From: an uncultured Bacteroidota bacterium
GTDB lineage: Bacteria; Bacteroidota; Bacteroidia; Chitinophagales; Saprospiraceae
Reading direction: 5' to 3'
Length of the DNA: 40,688 nt
NCBI GenBank assembly: GCA_937926185.1
Contig: CALEYM010000483.1
Span: 1 to 40,688 of the forward strand
In this document: one piece after another, positions 7,302 to 16,064 of the stretch
Layout of the letters: the number at the start of each line of letters is the position of its first letter
Numbering within the stretch: position 1 is the stretch's first letter
The notes under the pieces: generated by a model
Database searches by the model: none
What the model was told of the DNA's origin: nothing
Seen by the model: only the letters and a program-made list of their open reading frames with translations
Program-made: the position numbers and the translations under genes

Positions 7302-8786
7302 TCACTCATCGCTCATCATTAACGCCTTATTCATCGCCCCCATCTTTACCAGACACTCTTCATATTCCTGCTCTGGTACCGAATCGTACACGATGGCGCC
7401 ACCCACCTGGCAGGAGAGGTAGCGAGTGGTTGCGTTGTACAAAATGCTGCGGATCACCACGTTAAAATCAAAGTTGCCCTCGGGGGAAAAGTAACCCGCG
7501 GCGCCTGAAAAGAGCCCGCGCCGGGTTTGTTCATATTGTTCGATCAGTTCCATGGCCATCACTTTGGGCGCCCCGGTCATGCTGCCCATTGGGAAGGCGT
7601 CGCGCAGGGCCGTGAGCGGATGCGCTTCTGGACGAAGCGTACCGCAAACCGTCGAGATCATCTGGTGAACGGTTTGAAAAGAATACACTCCGAACAACTC
7701 CTCCACCTGCACGGTGCCGGGCAGACAATTTCGGGCGAGGTCGTTGCGTACCAGGTCCACGATCATCACGTTTTCGGCGCGGTCTTTTTCGCTTTGCCGG
7801 AGTTCTTCCCGGAGCCGGGTATCCTCAGCCGCATCCGGTTGGCGGCGGCGTGTGCCTTTTATAGGTTGGGAGATCAGGCGCGCGCCTTCTTTGCGCAAAA
7901 AACGCTCCGGACTGGCGCACAGCAGGTACTGGTCGTTGCAGCGCAAATACGCCGAAAAAGGCGCCCGTGCCAGGCCGTTCAGCCGCCGGAAGGTTTGCAG
8001 CGGATCGATCGCCGCGTTTTCGGCATAAAACTCCTGACACAGGTTCATCTCGTATAAATCGCCTTCGATAATGTGGCGGCGAATGGCATCCACGGTGTCG
8101 AGGTAGGCAGTTTGGGAGAGGCGGGGGGTTAAATGAATTGCGGATTGCGGATTGCGGATTGCGGATTGCCCCGAGGCCTCGGGACGGATTGCGGATTGCG
8201 GATTGTTGTGGAGCTCCGGGGCGGATTGGGCGGAGCCGGGATAGGGTGAAATATTTATTATTTCCTGTAAAACACTTTCAACTTCCGGATGGAGGGAAAA
8301 TATTTCCAGGAACCAGGGCGCCGACACTTCATCCTGGTCCATGTCTGATACTGCTCCCGACCCCAAAGGCTGTCCGTAATAATCCGCAATCCGTAATCCG
8401 TCCCGAGGCCTCGGGACAATCCGCAATCCTATAACTATTTCCGGCTGAAAAAAGAACAAATCCGGCAGGCCGATGCCGTCGTGGTTTTGGGAATGTAGCT
8501 TTTCCACCTCGTTTTTCAGGTCGTAGCCGAAAAAACCGAAGAGCCAGTCCTGCTTTTTATCGTAAAAGTCCTGAAGATCGCGGAAGGCACGGCCGGCCGG
8601 CGCCTGAAACTGGTCAGCAGCGCCCGCGGCTACCAGGCATTCCCAGCTGCTGTGCCGGGCCTGCGGGTATTCGTTGCTGTCGAGATAAACGGCTACCGGG
8701 AAGTTATCTGCCCAGGCAAGCAATTTGTCCTTAATCGTTTGCAGGTTTTCAACGGCAAAGCCGGCGTGGTAACGTTGGGTTGCCAT
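7302..8786 (-). CDS. pabB: Chorismate-binding enzyme, probably aminodeoxychorismate synthase component I, carrying in-frame repeat insertions
   Basis: Conserved core motifs are IIEGDLYEMNLCQEF, SPERFL, IKGTRRR, DRAENVMIVDLVRND, FPMGSMTGAPK and RGLFSGAAGY. The ORF is uninterrupted (494 aa) and includes two repeat-encoded segments. Confidence 0.75.
   Translation of the reverse strand: MATQRYHAGFAVENLQTIKDKLLAWADNFPVAVYLDSNEYPQARHSSWECLVAAGAADQFQAPAGRAFRDLQDFYDKKQDWLFGFFGYDLKNEVEKLHSQNHDGIGLPDLFFFQPEIVIGLRIVPRPRDGLRIADYYGQPLGSGAVSDMDQDEVSAPWFLEIFSLHPEVESVLQEIINISPYPGSAQSAPELHNNPQSAIRPEASGQSAIRNPQSAIHLTPRLSQTAYLDTVDAIRRHIIEGDLYEMNLCQEFYAENAAIDPLQTFRRLNGLARAPFSAYLRCNDQYLLCASPERFLRKEGARLISQPIKGTRRRQPDAAEDTRLREELRQSEKDRAENVMIVDLVRNDLARNCLPGTVQVEELFGVYSFQTVHQMISTVCGTLRPEAHPLTALRDAFPMGSMTGAPKVMAMELIEQYEQTRRGLFSGAAGYFSPEGNFDFNVVIRSILYNATTRYLSCQVGGAIVYDSVPEQEYEECLVKMGAMNKALMMSDE
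8137..8205. repeat. Composite repeat [GCGGATT]x4 - CCCGAGGCCTCGGG - [GCGGATT]x3, copy A, inside the pabB-like ORF
   Basis: It is a tandem heptamer array flanking a 14-bp perfect palindrome. On the minus strand it is translated as NNPQSAIRPEASGQSAIRNPQSAIH. Confidence 0.9.
8374..8429. repeat. The same composite repeat in reverse-complement orientation, copy B, inside the pabB-like ORF
   Basis: The sequence is ccgtaataatccgcaatccgtaatccgtCCCGAGGCCTCGGGacaatccgcaatcc. On the minus strand it is translated as GLRIVPRPRDGLRIADYY. Confidence 0.9.
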
Positions 8787-8787
8787 G

Positions 8788-9444
8788 TCAGATCGCGTTT
8801 ATCCGGATTCCGGCCGGCCAGCCGAGGGTTTGCGCTTCTTCTATGCTGACTTTCCACAATAAAGCCCGCAGCTGCAGTAATTTATTGGTTGTCTCGCTTT
8901 TTCGGATGCCCAGTTCCATCCTGGACCCGGTATCGTTGTAAGCCTCGCTGTTCAATTCAAGGCCGAGTTTTTTAACGGCATTCATGACGTCGGGCATGAG
9001 CGCATAGTCGACGCTGATCTCAAAGTTGTCGCAAACGATTTTTTCCACTATCCGGGCCTGCCGGAGCGCGTCGGCGGCGCTTTCGCGGTAAGCCTGGATG
9101 AGTCCGGAAGTGCCCAGAAGGGTGCCGCCGAAGTACCGCACCACCACCACCACCACGTCCGTTAGTCCCGCGGCGTCGATCTGCCCCAGGATGGGCCGGC
9201 CGGCAGTGCCGGAAGGTTCGCCGTCGTCGTTGGCGCGGAAGCGGCTGCCGTCGAGCCCCAGCCGCCAGGCAAAACAATGGTGCCGGGCCTTGAAGTGCTC
9301 CTTGCGCAGGGCTTCCACATGCCCCATTGCCTCCTCTTCCGTGGCCGCCGGGCAGGCATAGGCCAGAAACTTGCTGCCCCGGTCTTTGAATTCACCGGTG
9401 GACGGCGCGGCGAGGGTGCGGAAGGAATCGGATATGGCAGACAT
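8788..9444 (-). CDS. yigZ: YigZ / IMPACT-family (UPF0029) protein
   Basis: Motifs are KDRGSKFLAY, RHHCFAWRLG and DDGEPSGTAGRPIL. Its stop lies 1 bp from the pabB-like start codon, so the two genes are probably co-transcribed. Confidence 0.75.
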   Translation of the reverse strand: MSAISDSFRTLAAPSTGEFKDRGSKFLAYACPAATEEEAMGHVEALRKEHFKARHHCFAWRLGLDGSRFRANDDGEPSGTAGRPILGQIDAAGLTDVVVVVVRYFGGTLLGTSGLIQAYRESAADALRQARIVEKIVCDNFEISVDYALMPDVMNAVKKLGLELNSEAYNDTGSRMELGIRKSETTNKLLQLRALLWKVSIEEAQTLGWPAGIRINAI

Positions 9445-9518
9445 GTGGGGGGCAAAGGTAAGGGCTTAAAAGGTTTTTGGACCGCCGCTACCGGACACGT
9501 TATTTTTGAGGCAAGGCG

Positions 9519-11261
9519 TCAGGGCTTGTCCAATTGTCTTTTTAAATAATAAGCCAACCCGAACCAGCAGGAAAAAAACACTATCGCTCCGGGTATCCAG
9601 CGCCAGTCTCTGACGAGGGGCGTATTGCCAAGAGGAATCAAACTGCAAATGCCTGCCAGCATGCCCAGGCCGAGAAGCAGTATGTTTCGCCGGAACCGCG
9701 CCGAATGATTCCAACTCCAGCCCATATCCCGGACATTTCCCGGGTCTTCCGAACAGAATAGCGAAACTGTAATACCGAAAAATAAAAAGGCAAAAGAAGG
9801 CATCATCACCGCGCTCTCAAAAGGCGCGGGCAGCCGTGCGGCAACCACAAAACCGGCAAACCCGGCGGCGGCTAAAAGGCCAAAAACCAACTGAAGGCGA
9901 ATGGTAGTCTTGGGCTCTGTGCTCGGTCCGCCGTCGGTTTGCGTTTCAGCCGAATCGATTTGTGCGTGCGCCTCGCGGTATTTTTGATAAAATTTCCAGA
10001 CGAAGCCGGCAAAAATGGGCGGCAACCACGCGCCAAACACCAAAAACAGGAAAACCTCCGGTATAAGTTCGGCATAGCTCAACACCGCGAGGCAAAGCGC
10101 CAGCCCGGCATAAACCCTGAGCAGGCGTTTTTCAACAGATGATGGCGGCTCATCCGCGTACTCTAACATTAAAACGTATGTGACAAAGCCGGCTGTAAGG
10201 AAAAATTGAAATCCGTTGGCATCTGGCAGCATGGTATTGCGCAAGGCGAGCAGCCATACGCCGAGCAGGATGGCGCCTTTTAAAAAATCGAAAGGCTTTT
10301 TTAATAAATGATAGCCGGGGACGTACCATAACGACAGCGATTGTACCAGCAGCGGAAACAACGTGTATCTCGGAATACTCAATGCCGCCAGCGCCCACAC
10401 CACCGGCTTCAGATAATCGGTGGAACCAGTGCTGTGGCCATCGCGGTAATAAAAGGCGCAAGCGACGAAAAAAATCAAATACAGCATGGCGCGAAATGCG
10501 TAGGGCGTAGTAGCCGTGACATTGAGGTAGCGAAAGTAGCCATTCAACGGCGGAAATATTTTACACGCTACCGCGAACAAATAGTACTCCTGGGCTGTAA
10601 GGGAGCCGGGCATCAGGTCCAAAACAGCCTTGTACGTCCCCACCGCCCCGCCAAAGCCCCGGCTGCGCACGGCGGCTTCCGCTTCCCCGATTTTTTGATA
10701 TGCCAGATTGTCTTCATAGCGTTGAAGCGCACCGTGCAGCAACGCATCGCCGGGCTGTTCCTCCAGCCCTTGCTTGATGTAATCGATGGCAGCCTGATAA
10801 TTGCTGTCCAAATAAGCGTGGTAAGCGGCAAGTGCCAAATACCGGTTGAAACCCGGCAAAGGCAAGCCGGACAGATATTCCAGAAATGCCTGCTCAAAGC
10901 CCTCGCTTTTAAACTGATTGCCCAGGTCGGCAATAGCATCATAAAAATCCGGGTTTTGCGCAATGATAACCGACATCATCTGCAAGGCCCTGTCCAGGTC
11001 TTTTTGCGCTAAATACAGGCTGAGCAATGCCTCGTTTTTAAAATATTCTCCTTCCGTCGTTTGGGCAAACTGCAAAATCAGCGCCTCGGAGGCAGCCCAG
11101 TTTTCCTGTACGCGATAACATTCGTTCAACAGCTGAAATACATCGTAATCGGTGGGCAACTCATCCCACAGGGGCTTGAGTATGGCCTCGGCGCCGGCAT
11201 AGTCGCCTTCCTTTACGAGTGCCAGGGCGCCTGCGAAATTTTCTTCCTGGATCGAATTCAT
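9519..11261 (-). CDS. Polytopic membrane protein with an N-terminal TPR-like soluble domain
   Basis: The first 230 aa or so are helical-repeat-like (AEAILKPLWDELP..., ALQMMSVIIAQNPDFYDA...). At least 9 hydrophobic segments follow. I recognise no catalytic motif. Confidence 0.6.
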   Translation of the reverse strand: MNSIQEENFAGALALVKEGDYAGAEAILKPLWDELPTDYDVFQLLNECYRVQENWAASEALILQFAQTTEGEYFKNEALLSLYLAQKDLDRALQMMSVIIAQNPDFYDAIADLGNQFKSEGFEQAFLEYLSGLPLPGFNRYLALAAYHAYLDSNYQAAIDYIKQGLEEQPGDALLHGALQRYEDNLAYQKIGEAEAAVRSRGFGGAVGTYKAVLDLMPGSLTAQEYYLFAVACKIFPPLNGYFRYLNVTATTPYAFRAMLYLIFFVACAFYYRDGHSTGSTDYLKPVVWALAALSIPRYTLFPLLVQSLSLWYVPGYHLLKKPFDFLKGAILLGVWLLALRNTMLPDANGFQFFLTAGFVTYVLMLEYADEPPSSVEKRLLRVYAGLALCLAVLSYAELIPEVFLFLVFGAWLPPIFAGFVWKFYQKYREAHAQIDSAETQTDGGPSTEPKTTIRLQLVFGLLAAAGFAGFVVAARLPAPFESAVMMPSFAFLFFGITVSLFCSEDPGNVRDMGWSWNHSARFRRNILLLGLGMLAGICSLIPLGNTPLVRDWRWIPGAIVFFSCWFGLAYYLKRQLDKP

Positions 11262-11447
11262 GCCTAAATTTTTCCGTAAACGGAGCTATGATAAGATAAA
11301 GCCGGATAATCCCTCCCTTTTTTGCCTTAACATGTAAATAAAAATTTGCGTTCCAAACATCTCAACTGTTTCATTATCAGAAATATAAGATCAATTTAAA
11401 TTTCAATAAATGTGTTGCCCCCCAGCGCAAACCCCGGCCGCATGCCC

Positions 11448-11480
11448 GAACTTCAAACTTCAAACTTTGAACATCAAACT
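11448..11480 (+). repeat. Short A-rich heptamer array (gaACTTCAAACTTCAAACTTtGAACATCAAACT) abutting a start codon
   Basis: The tandem ACTTCAA units end 5 nt before the ATG at 11486. A similar AACTCAAAACTCAAAACT lies at 36521-36538, just upstream of thrB. Confidence 0.6.
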
Positions 11481-11485
11481 ATCGT

Positions 11486-12754
11486 ATGCGCGAAGACTTT
11501 CTCCATTTCCTCTGGCGCTGGCGCCGCTTCGACGCCCGCAACCTGGCTACCTCCGACGGGCAGGCCCTTGAAATTCTGCATCCCGGCGAACCAAACCCCC
11601 ATGCCGGACCCGATTTTTTCAACGCCCGCGTCCGCCTGGGCGACACCCTGTGGGCCGGCAACGTGGAAATCCATCTCAACGCCTCCGACTGGCTGGCGCA
11701 CCGGCACGACGCCGACCCGGCCTACGACAACGTGGTGTTGCACGTGGTGCTTGACGAAGACCAGCGCCTGCGCCGGCCCGGCGGCGAACTGCTGCCCTGC
11801 CTGGCCCTGCGCGAGCGCATCCCGCCGCAATTGCTGGAAAAATATTTCCGCCTGGAACACGAGCGCGCCTGGGTGCCCTGCGAAAAAACCTTCGCCGCGG
11901 TGCCGGAAATCGTGCGGCTCAACTGGCTCGACCGCCTGCTGGTGGAGCGGCTGGAACAAAAAACCGAATCCGCGGCCAAGGTGGTGGAAGCGACGGGTCA
12001 CAACTGGGAGGAGGCCTTTTACCGGGTGCTGGCCCGAAATTTCGGTCTAAAAGTGAACATGGAGCCATTCGAAGCCCTGGCCCGCTCGCTTCCCCTGCGG
12101 CTGCTGGCCAAACACAAGGATCAGTTGTTTCAGTTGGAAGCTTTGCTGTTCGGGCAGGCAGGTTTGCTGTCCGACAAGTTCGAAGATGAATACCCGCGCG
12201 CGCTGGCCAAAGAATACCACTTTTTGCAACACAAATATGGCCTGCAGCCCCTTTCCCCCGGGCAATGGAAATTTTTTCGCCTGCGCCCCGCCGGTTTTCC
12301 GACCCTGCGCCTGGCGCAGTTTGCCGCCGTTGTATACCGCTCGGCGCATTTGTTCAGCCAGGTGCTGGAAACCCGGAATACGACCGAAACGGAACAACTC
12401 TTCAGCGCGGAGATCAGCGAATACTGGCGATCCCATTTTCGGTTCGATAAAACTGCTGTACGTCAACCTAAACCACCGGGCCGCGAATTCGTACATTTGC
12501 TGCTCATCAATACCGTGGCGCCGTTCCTGTTCCACTACGGCCGCGCAAAAGGGCAACCCGAACTGCAGGATCGCGCCCTGCGATTGCTGGAGGGCCTTCC
12601 CCCGGAAGCGAATATCGTGGTGGACGGTTGGGCAAAACGCGGCCAACGTGCGGCCAACTCCAGCCAAACGCAGGCACTGCTGCATTTGAAAACGCATTAT
12701 TGCGACGAAAAACGCTGCCTGGAATGCGCCATCGGTAATGCCATTTTACGCTGA
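11486..12754 (+). CDS. DUF2851-family protein
   Basis: The N-terminus (EDFLHFLWRWRRF) and the block HPGEPNPHAGPDFFNARV...GNVEIHLNASDWLAHRHDADPAYDNVVLHVV match my recollection of the Bacteroidota DUF2851 family. The C-terminus has a CDEKRCLEC motif. Confidence 0.6.
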   Translation: MREDFLHFLWRWRRFDARNLATSDGQALEILHPGEPNPHAGPDFFNARVRLGDTLWAGNVEIHLNASDWLAHRHDADPAYDNVVLHVVLDEDQRLRRPGGELLPCLALRERIPPQLLEKYFRLEHERAWVPCEKTFAAVPEIVRLNWLDRLLVERLEQKTESAAKVVEATGHNWEEAFYRVLARNFGLKVNMEPFEALARSLPLRLLAKHKDQLFQLEALLFGQAGLLSDKFEDEYPRALAKEYHFLQHKYGLQPLSPGQWKFFRLRPAGFPTLRLAQFAAVVYRSAHLFSQVLETRNTTETEQLFSAEISEYWRSHFRFDKTAVRQPKPPGREFVHLLLINTVAPFLFHYGRAKGQPELQDRALRLLEGLPPEANIVVDGWAKRGQRAANSSQTQALLHLKTHYCDEKRCLECAIGNAILR

Positions 12755-12756
12755 CC

Positions 12757-13422
12757 ATGTCTCGTCCGTTCGCTCATTTTTTCTCCACCCTCGGGCATCC
12801 CTTGCTGGTGCCGACGTATGCCCTGTTGCTTTTGTTGTTAATTAACCCCTTTGCGTTCGGCGTCAGCAACCCCGGCGACGCCAAGGCAGTGCTGCTGCTG
12901 GTGTACGTATTCACCACCTCGGCCCTTATACCGGGCATCGGCATCGCCGTGATGAAGCCGCTGGGTTTTGTGAAAAGTCTGGAGTCGCCCGACCGGCAGG
13001 ATCGCACCGGGCCTTATATCGTGACCGGCGTTTTTTACCTGTGGTTGTATAAAAACATTTCCTCGGGCGGGCAGGCGCCGCCCCTGTATACCGTGTGTGT
13101 GCTGGGCGCCACTATCAGCCTGTTTTTGGCATTTTTTGTCAATATTTTTACCAAGATCAGCGCGCACGCTTCCGGCATGGGCGGTCTGGTGGGCATGCTC
13201 CTGCTGACCAATTACGTATGGCCGGGCGCTACGTTCGCCATTCCGGTTTTTGGCGGTACCTTGCAAATGAGCCTTTTTCTCGCACTGGCCATCATGATCG
13301 TACTGGCAGGATTCGTAGGCTCGGCACGGCTGGCGCTGAAAGCGCATGTTCCGATGGATTTGTGGCAGGGCTACCTGGTGGGGTTTTCGTCGGTGTGGAT
13401 CGCGTATTTCATTTTATTGTAA
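12757..13422 (+). CDS. Integral membrane protein, possibly a PAP2-superfamily phosphatase
   Basis: It has about 6 hydrophobic segments. The SARLALKAHVPMD stretch fits the PAP2 C3 motif R-x5-H-x3-D, and SAHASG is a possible C2-like motif. The ATG lies 3 nt after the DUF2851 stop. Confidence 0.4.
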   Translation: MSRPFAHFFSTLGHPLLVPTYALLLLLLINPFAFGVSNPGDAKAVLLLVYVFTTSALIPGIGIAVMKPLGFVKSLESPDRQDRTGPYIVTGVFYLWLYKNISSGGQAPPLYTVCVLGATISLFLAFFVNIFTKISAHASGMGGLVGMLLLTNYVWPGATFAIPVFGGTLQMSLFLALAIMIVLAGFVGSARLALKAHVPMDLWQGYLVGFSSVWIAYFILL

Positions 13423-13435
13423 AAATGCCTGCCGG

Positions 13436-14221
13436 CTAAACGCCAAATTTAAAGGTCCGGAAAACCATCCCCCGCGCGTCAAACACCAGTATCCGCCCGG
13501 AAAGCGGGTCGCCTATTCCGGTGACAATTTTCATAACTTCGGCGGCCATCAGGGCGCCCACGATACCTGGCACCGGCCCCATGACGCCGGCGTCCACGCA
13601 GTCGGGCGCGTCGGCAGGCGCGTCGGGGTGCAGGTTTCGCAGGTTGGGTCCGCGTTGACCGTCGGGTCCGGGCAGATTGAATACGGAAACCTGGCCCAAA
13701 AACCCTGCTGCTGCGCCCCAGATCAGGGATTTTCCGAGTTGTACGCAGATATCGTTTACCAGGTAGCGGGTTTCGGTATTGTCGGAGCCATCGGCCATCA
13801 GGTCGAAACCGGATATTATTCCGGCGGCGTTTTCGGCGGTCAACCGGACAGGAATAGCCTGGATATCGATAAGCGGGTTGGCGGCGCCCAGCCTGTGCGC
13901 GGCCGCTTCGGCTTTTGGCCGGCCAACATCGGCGCCAGTGTAGAGTACCTGGCGGTGCAGGTTGGTGGTTTCCACCCGGTCGCCGTCGGCAATACCGATA
14001 CGACCGACGCCGGCCCCGGCCAGGTAGGGCAACAGTCCGGAGCCGATACCGCCGGCGCCCACCACCAGAATGCTGCACTGGCGCAGTCGGGCCTGTCCTT
14101 CCAGGCTCCAGCCGGGCAGGGTCATCTGGCGGAGGTAGCGTTGCCATTCGTCTGGCGTCAGGGGGGGAACATTGTTTGTCATTTCAGATGCTGCGGCGAA
14201 GGTTTGTATTATTAATCTCAA
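13436..14221 (-). CDS. ThiF/MoeB/HesA-family E1-like adenylyltransferase
   Basis: Motifs are RYLRQMTLPGW, the nucleotide loop ILVVGAGGIGS and DGDRVETTNLHRQVLY. The start could instead be the internal Met (MTNNVPP) at 14182. Confidence 0.8.
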   Translation of the reverse strand: MRLIIQTFAAASEMTNNVPPLTPDEWQRYLRQMTLPGWSLEGQARLRQCSILVVGAGGIGSGLLPYLAGAGVGRIGIADGDRVETTNLHRQVLYTGADVGRPKAEAAAHRLGAANPLIDIQAIPVRLTAENAAGIISGFDLMADGSDNTETRYLVNDICVQLGKSLIWGAAAGFLGQVSVFNLPGPDGQRGPNLRNLHPDAPADAPDCVDAGVMGPVPGIVGALMAAEVMKIVTGIGDPLSGRILVFDARGMVFRTFKFGV

Positions 14222-14301
14222 AAATACTATTTGCCGGGCCTAAAAGCCGGTATCTTTAATCCGATTCTCAAGTCAATGTTTCCCGATCATCTGAAACATA
14301 T

Positions 14302-16056
14302 TTGCAAATGAACTGGTTGAATGAACCCCTTTCGACAATTGACCGCCAGTGGCCGGCTGCCCTGCTTAAGAAAGCCGAAACCTTTCTGCGCCAGGGCAAG
14401 GTAGACGAATTGGAGGAAACCGGAAACGGCAATTGGATCGCATTCGTGCGCGACACAAAGGATTGCGACGTTCAAATCCGGTTGCTCGGCGCCGAAGTAG
14501 CCGGCTGTCAATGCGATTGTGGCGCCGATACAATGCCCTGCGAGCATGCCGCCGCCGCCATGTTGGCCCTGCGCGACCGTCTTGCAGGCGCACCGGCCAA
14601 AACCACGCGAAAAGCTAAAACTGCCCTCGAAAAAAAGCCTGCCCGGAAGAAAAAAGAAACGTTTGAAGACATCCTCAACCGGGTGTCGCACGACGAATTG
14701 AAGGCCTTTCTAAAGGAAGCTTTCGGTCGCCAGCGCGACTTCCGCAATATGTTCATGGCGCGCTTTGCCGAGCCTGACGATGCCCTGGGTAAGGCGGGCT
14801 ATGTCAAACTGTTGAAAAATATCCTGCGCAGCGGTGTCAGCCGCTGGGGCTATATCGACGGGCGCGGCTTCCGGAAAATCGCCAAACCTATGAACGAGCT
14901 CATCAAACAGGCACACATTCAGATTGACAAAAAACAATTTCTTGGCCCCATGCATCTCGGGCAGGCCATGCTCGAAGAGATCAGCGAACAATTTACGACC
15001 GATTACGACGGCGGCGGCTACCTGCAGGGGTTTATCCACGAGGGTATTCAGTTTTTTAAAAAAATATTTCAGTCGGCAGATACGGCCCAAAGCCTGAAAA
15101 ATGAACTTTGGAATTATCTGCTGGAGCAATGTCCCAAGCCCATTTATCTTGATTACGGCGGCACGTACCATGGGGAAATGATGGAACTTTTGGTGGTATA
15201 TGCGCAGGCCGGCGAGCCTGAAAACCGCCTGCACCGCCTGCTGGACGAACAATTGCTGGCGCTGTCGGCGACCAGCCGGCAGGACTATCTCCGGGAGTTC
15301 CGGAAAAAGTACTGGCTGGGCTGGAAAATTGATTTGTACCGGCAGTTGGGACGCGTCGCGGAAATGAATGCCTTGGTGGACGCCAATTTACAGGTGCCCG
15401 AATTCAGGCAAATAAAATTGGAACAAACCATAGCGGACGAACGCTGGGACGCGGCGCTTGCGCTTATTAAGGAAGGTATTGCCCTGGCTATAGAGCAAAA
15501 ACATCCCGGAACGGTCACCGAATGGAAAAAACAACTGTTGCGTATTGCCCAACTCCGCGGCGACCGGGAGCAACTCCGTGCCCAGGCACAGGAGTTGTTC
15601 CAAACGGACCGTTTCCGCCTGGAATATTTCAAGATCATAAAGAGCAGCTATGCGCCGGATGAATGGTCCGAGGCGGCGCGAACGATAATATCAGCCCTGG
15701 AAAAACGGGAGCTGCCCCCCGACTACCTGCTGCCGGTGCTGGAAGAAGAACAAGACTGGCCCCGTATGTTCGCCTGTATCCGGAGGGAAGGCCGTTTCGA
15801 TATGCTGCTGCGTTACGAGCCCGTGATGCTGGAGCATTTCCCGCAAGAATCGGAAAAACTGTATGCCAGCTGGCTGCGGCAGACTGCCGAGCGGGCCTCA
15901 AACCGGGATGAATACAAACAGGTGGTTGCGCTGTTGCAAAACCTGGCCCAAAAATACCCGAACGGAAAAGAAAATACAGCCTCGCTGGTGCGGGAATTCC
16001 GCGAACGCTATAAAAGGCGAATGGCTATGCTGGAGGAAATGGATAAAATTAAATAA
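14302..16056 (+). CDS. SWIM zinc-finger protein with a long helical-repeat C-terminal region
   Basis: The CxCx(n)CxH signature reads AGCQCDCGADTMPCEHAAAAMLAL, near the N-terminus. A Lys-rich linker follows, then about 430 aa of helical sequence. Confidence 0.7.
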   Translation: MQMNWLNEPLSTIDRQWPAALLKKAETFLRQGKVDELEETGNGNWIAFVRDTKDCDVQIRLLGAEVAGCQCDCGADTMPCEHAAAAMLALRDRLAGAPAKTTRKAKTALEKKPARKKKETFEDILNRVSHDELKAFLKEAFGRQRDFRNMFMARFAEPDDALGKAGYVKLLKNILRSGVSRWGYIDGRGFRKIAKPMNELIKQAHIQIDKKQFLGPMHLGQAMLEEISEQFTTDYDGGGYLQGFIHEGIQFFKKIFQSADTAQSLKNELWNYLLEQCPKPIYLDYGGTYHGEMMELLVVYAQAGEPENRLHRLLDEQLLALSATSRQDYLREFRKKYWLGWKIDLYRQLGRVAEMNALVDANLQVPEFRQIKLEQTIADERWDAALALIKEGIALAIEQKHPGTVTEWKKQLLRIAQLRGDREQLRAQAQELFQTDRFRLEYFKIIKSSYAPDEWSEAARTIISALEKRELPPDYLLPVLEEEQDWPRMFACIRREGRFDMLLRYEPVMLEHFPQESEKLYASWLRQTAERASNRDEYKQVVALLQNLAQKYPNGKENTASLVREFRERYKRRMAMLEEMDKIK

Positions 16057-16064
16057 CGTGGGCT

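Noticed and set aside
8138-8434. 98-aa plus-strand ORF inside the pabB-like gene
   Set aside because: It is open only because the inverted heptamer-palindrome repeats lack stop triplets in all six frames. It mirrors the sense-strand repeat peptides and has no independent support.
301-16056. MoxR + vWA + SWIM as one yeh-like conflict or chaperone system
   Set aside because: The SWIM gene is about 11.5 kb from the vWA gene (about 13 kb from moxR), with unrelated housekeeping genes between. The vWA protein is exported, and the genes are on different strands. Co-occurrence in the window is most likely coincidental.
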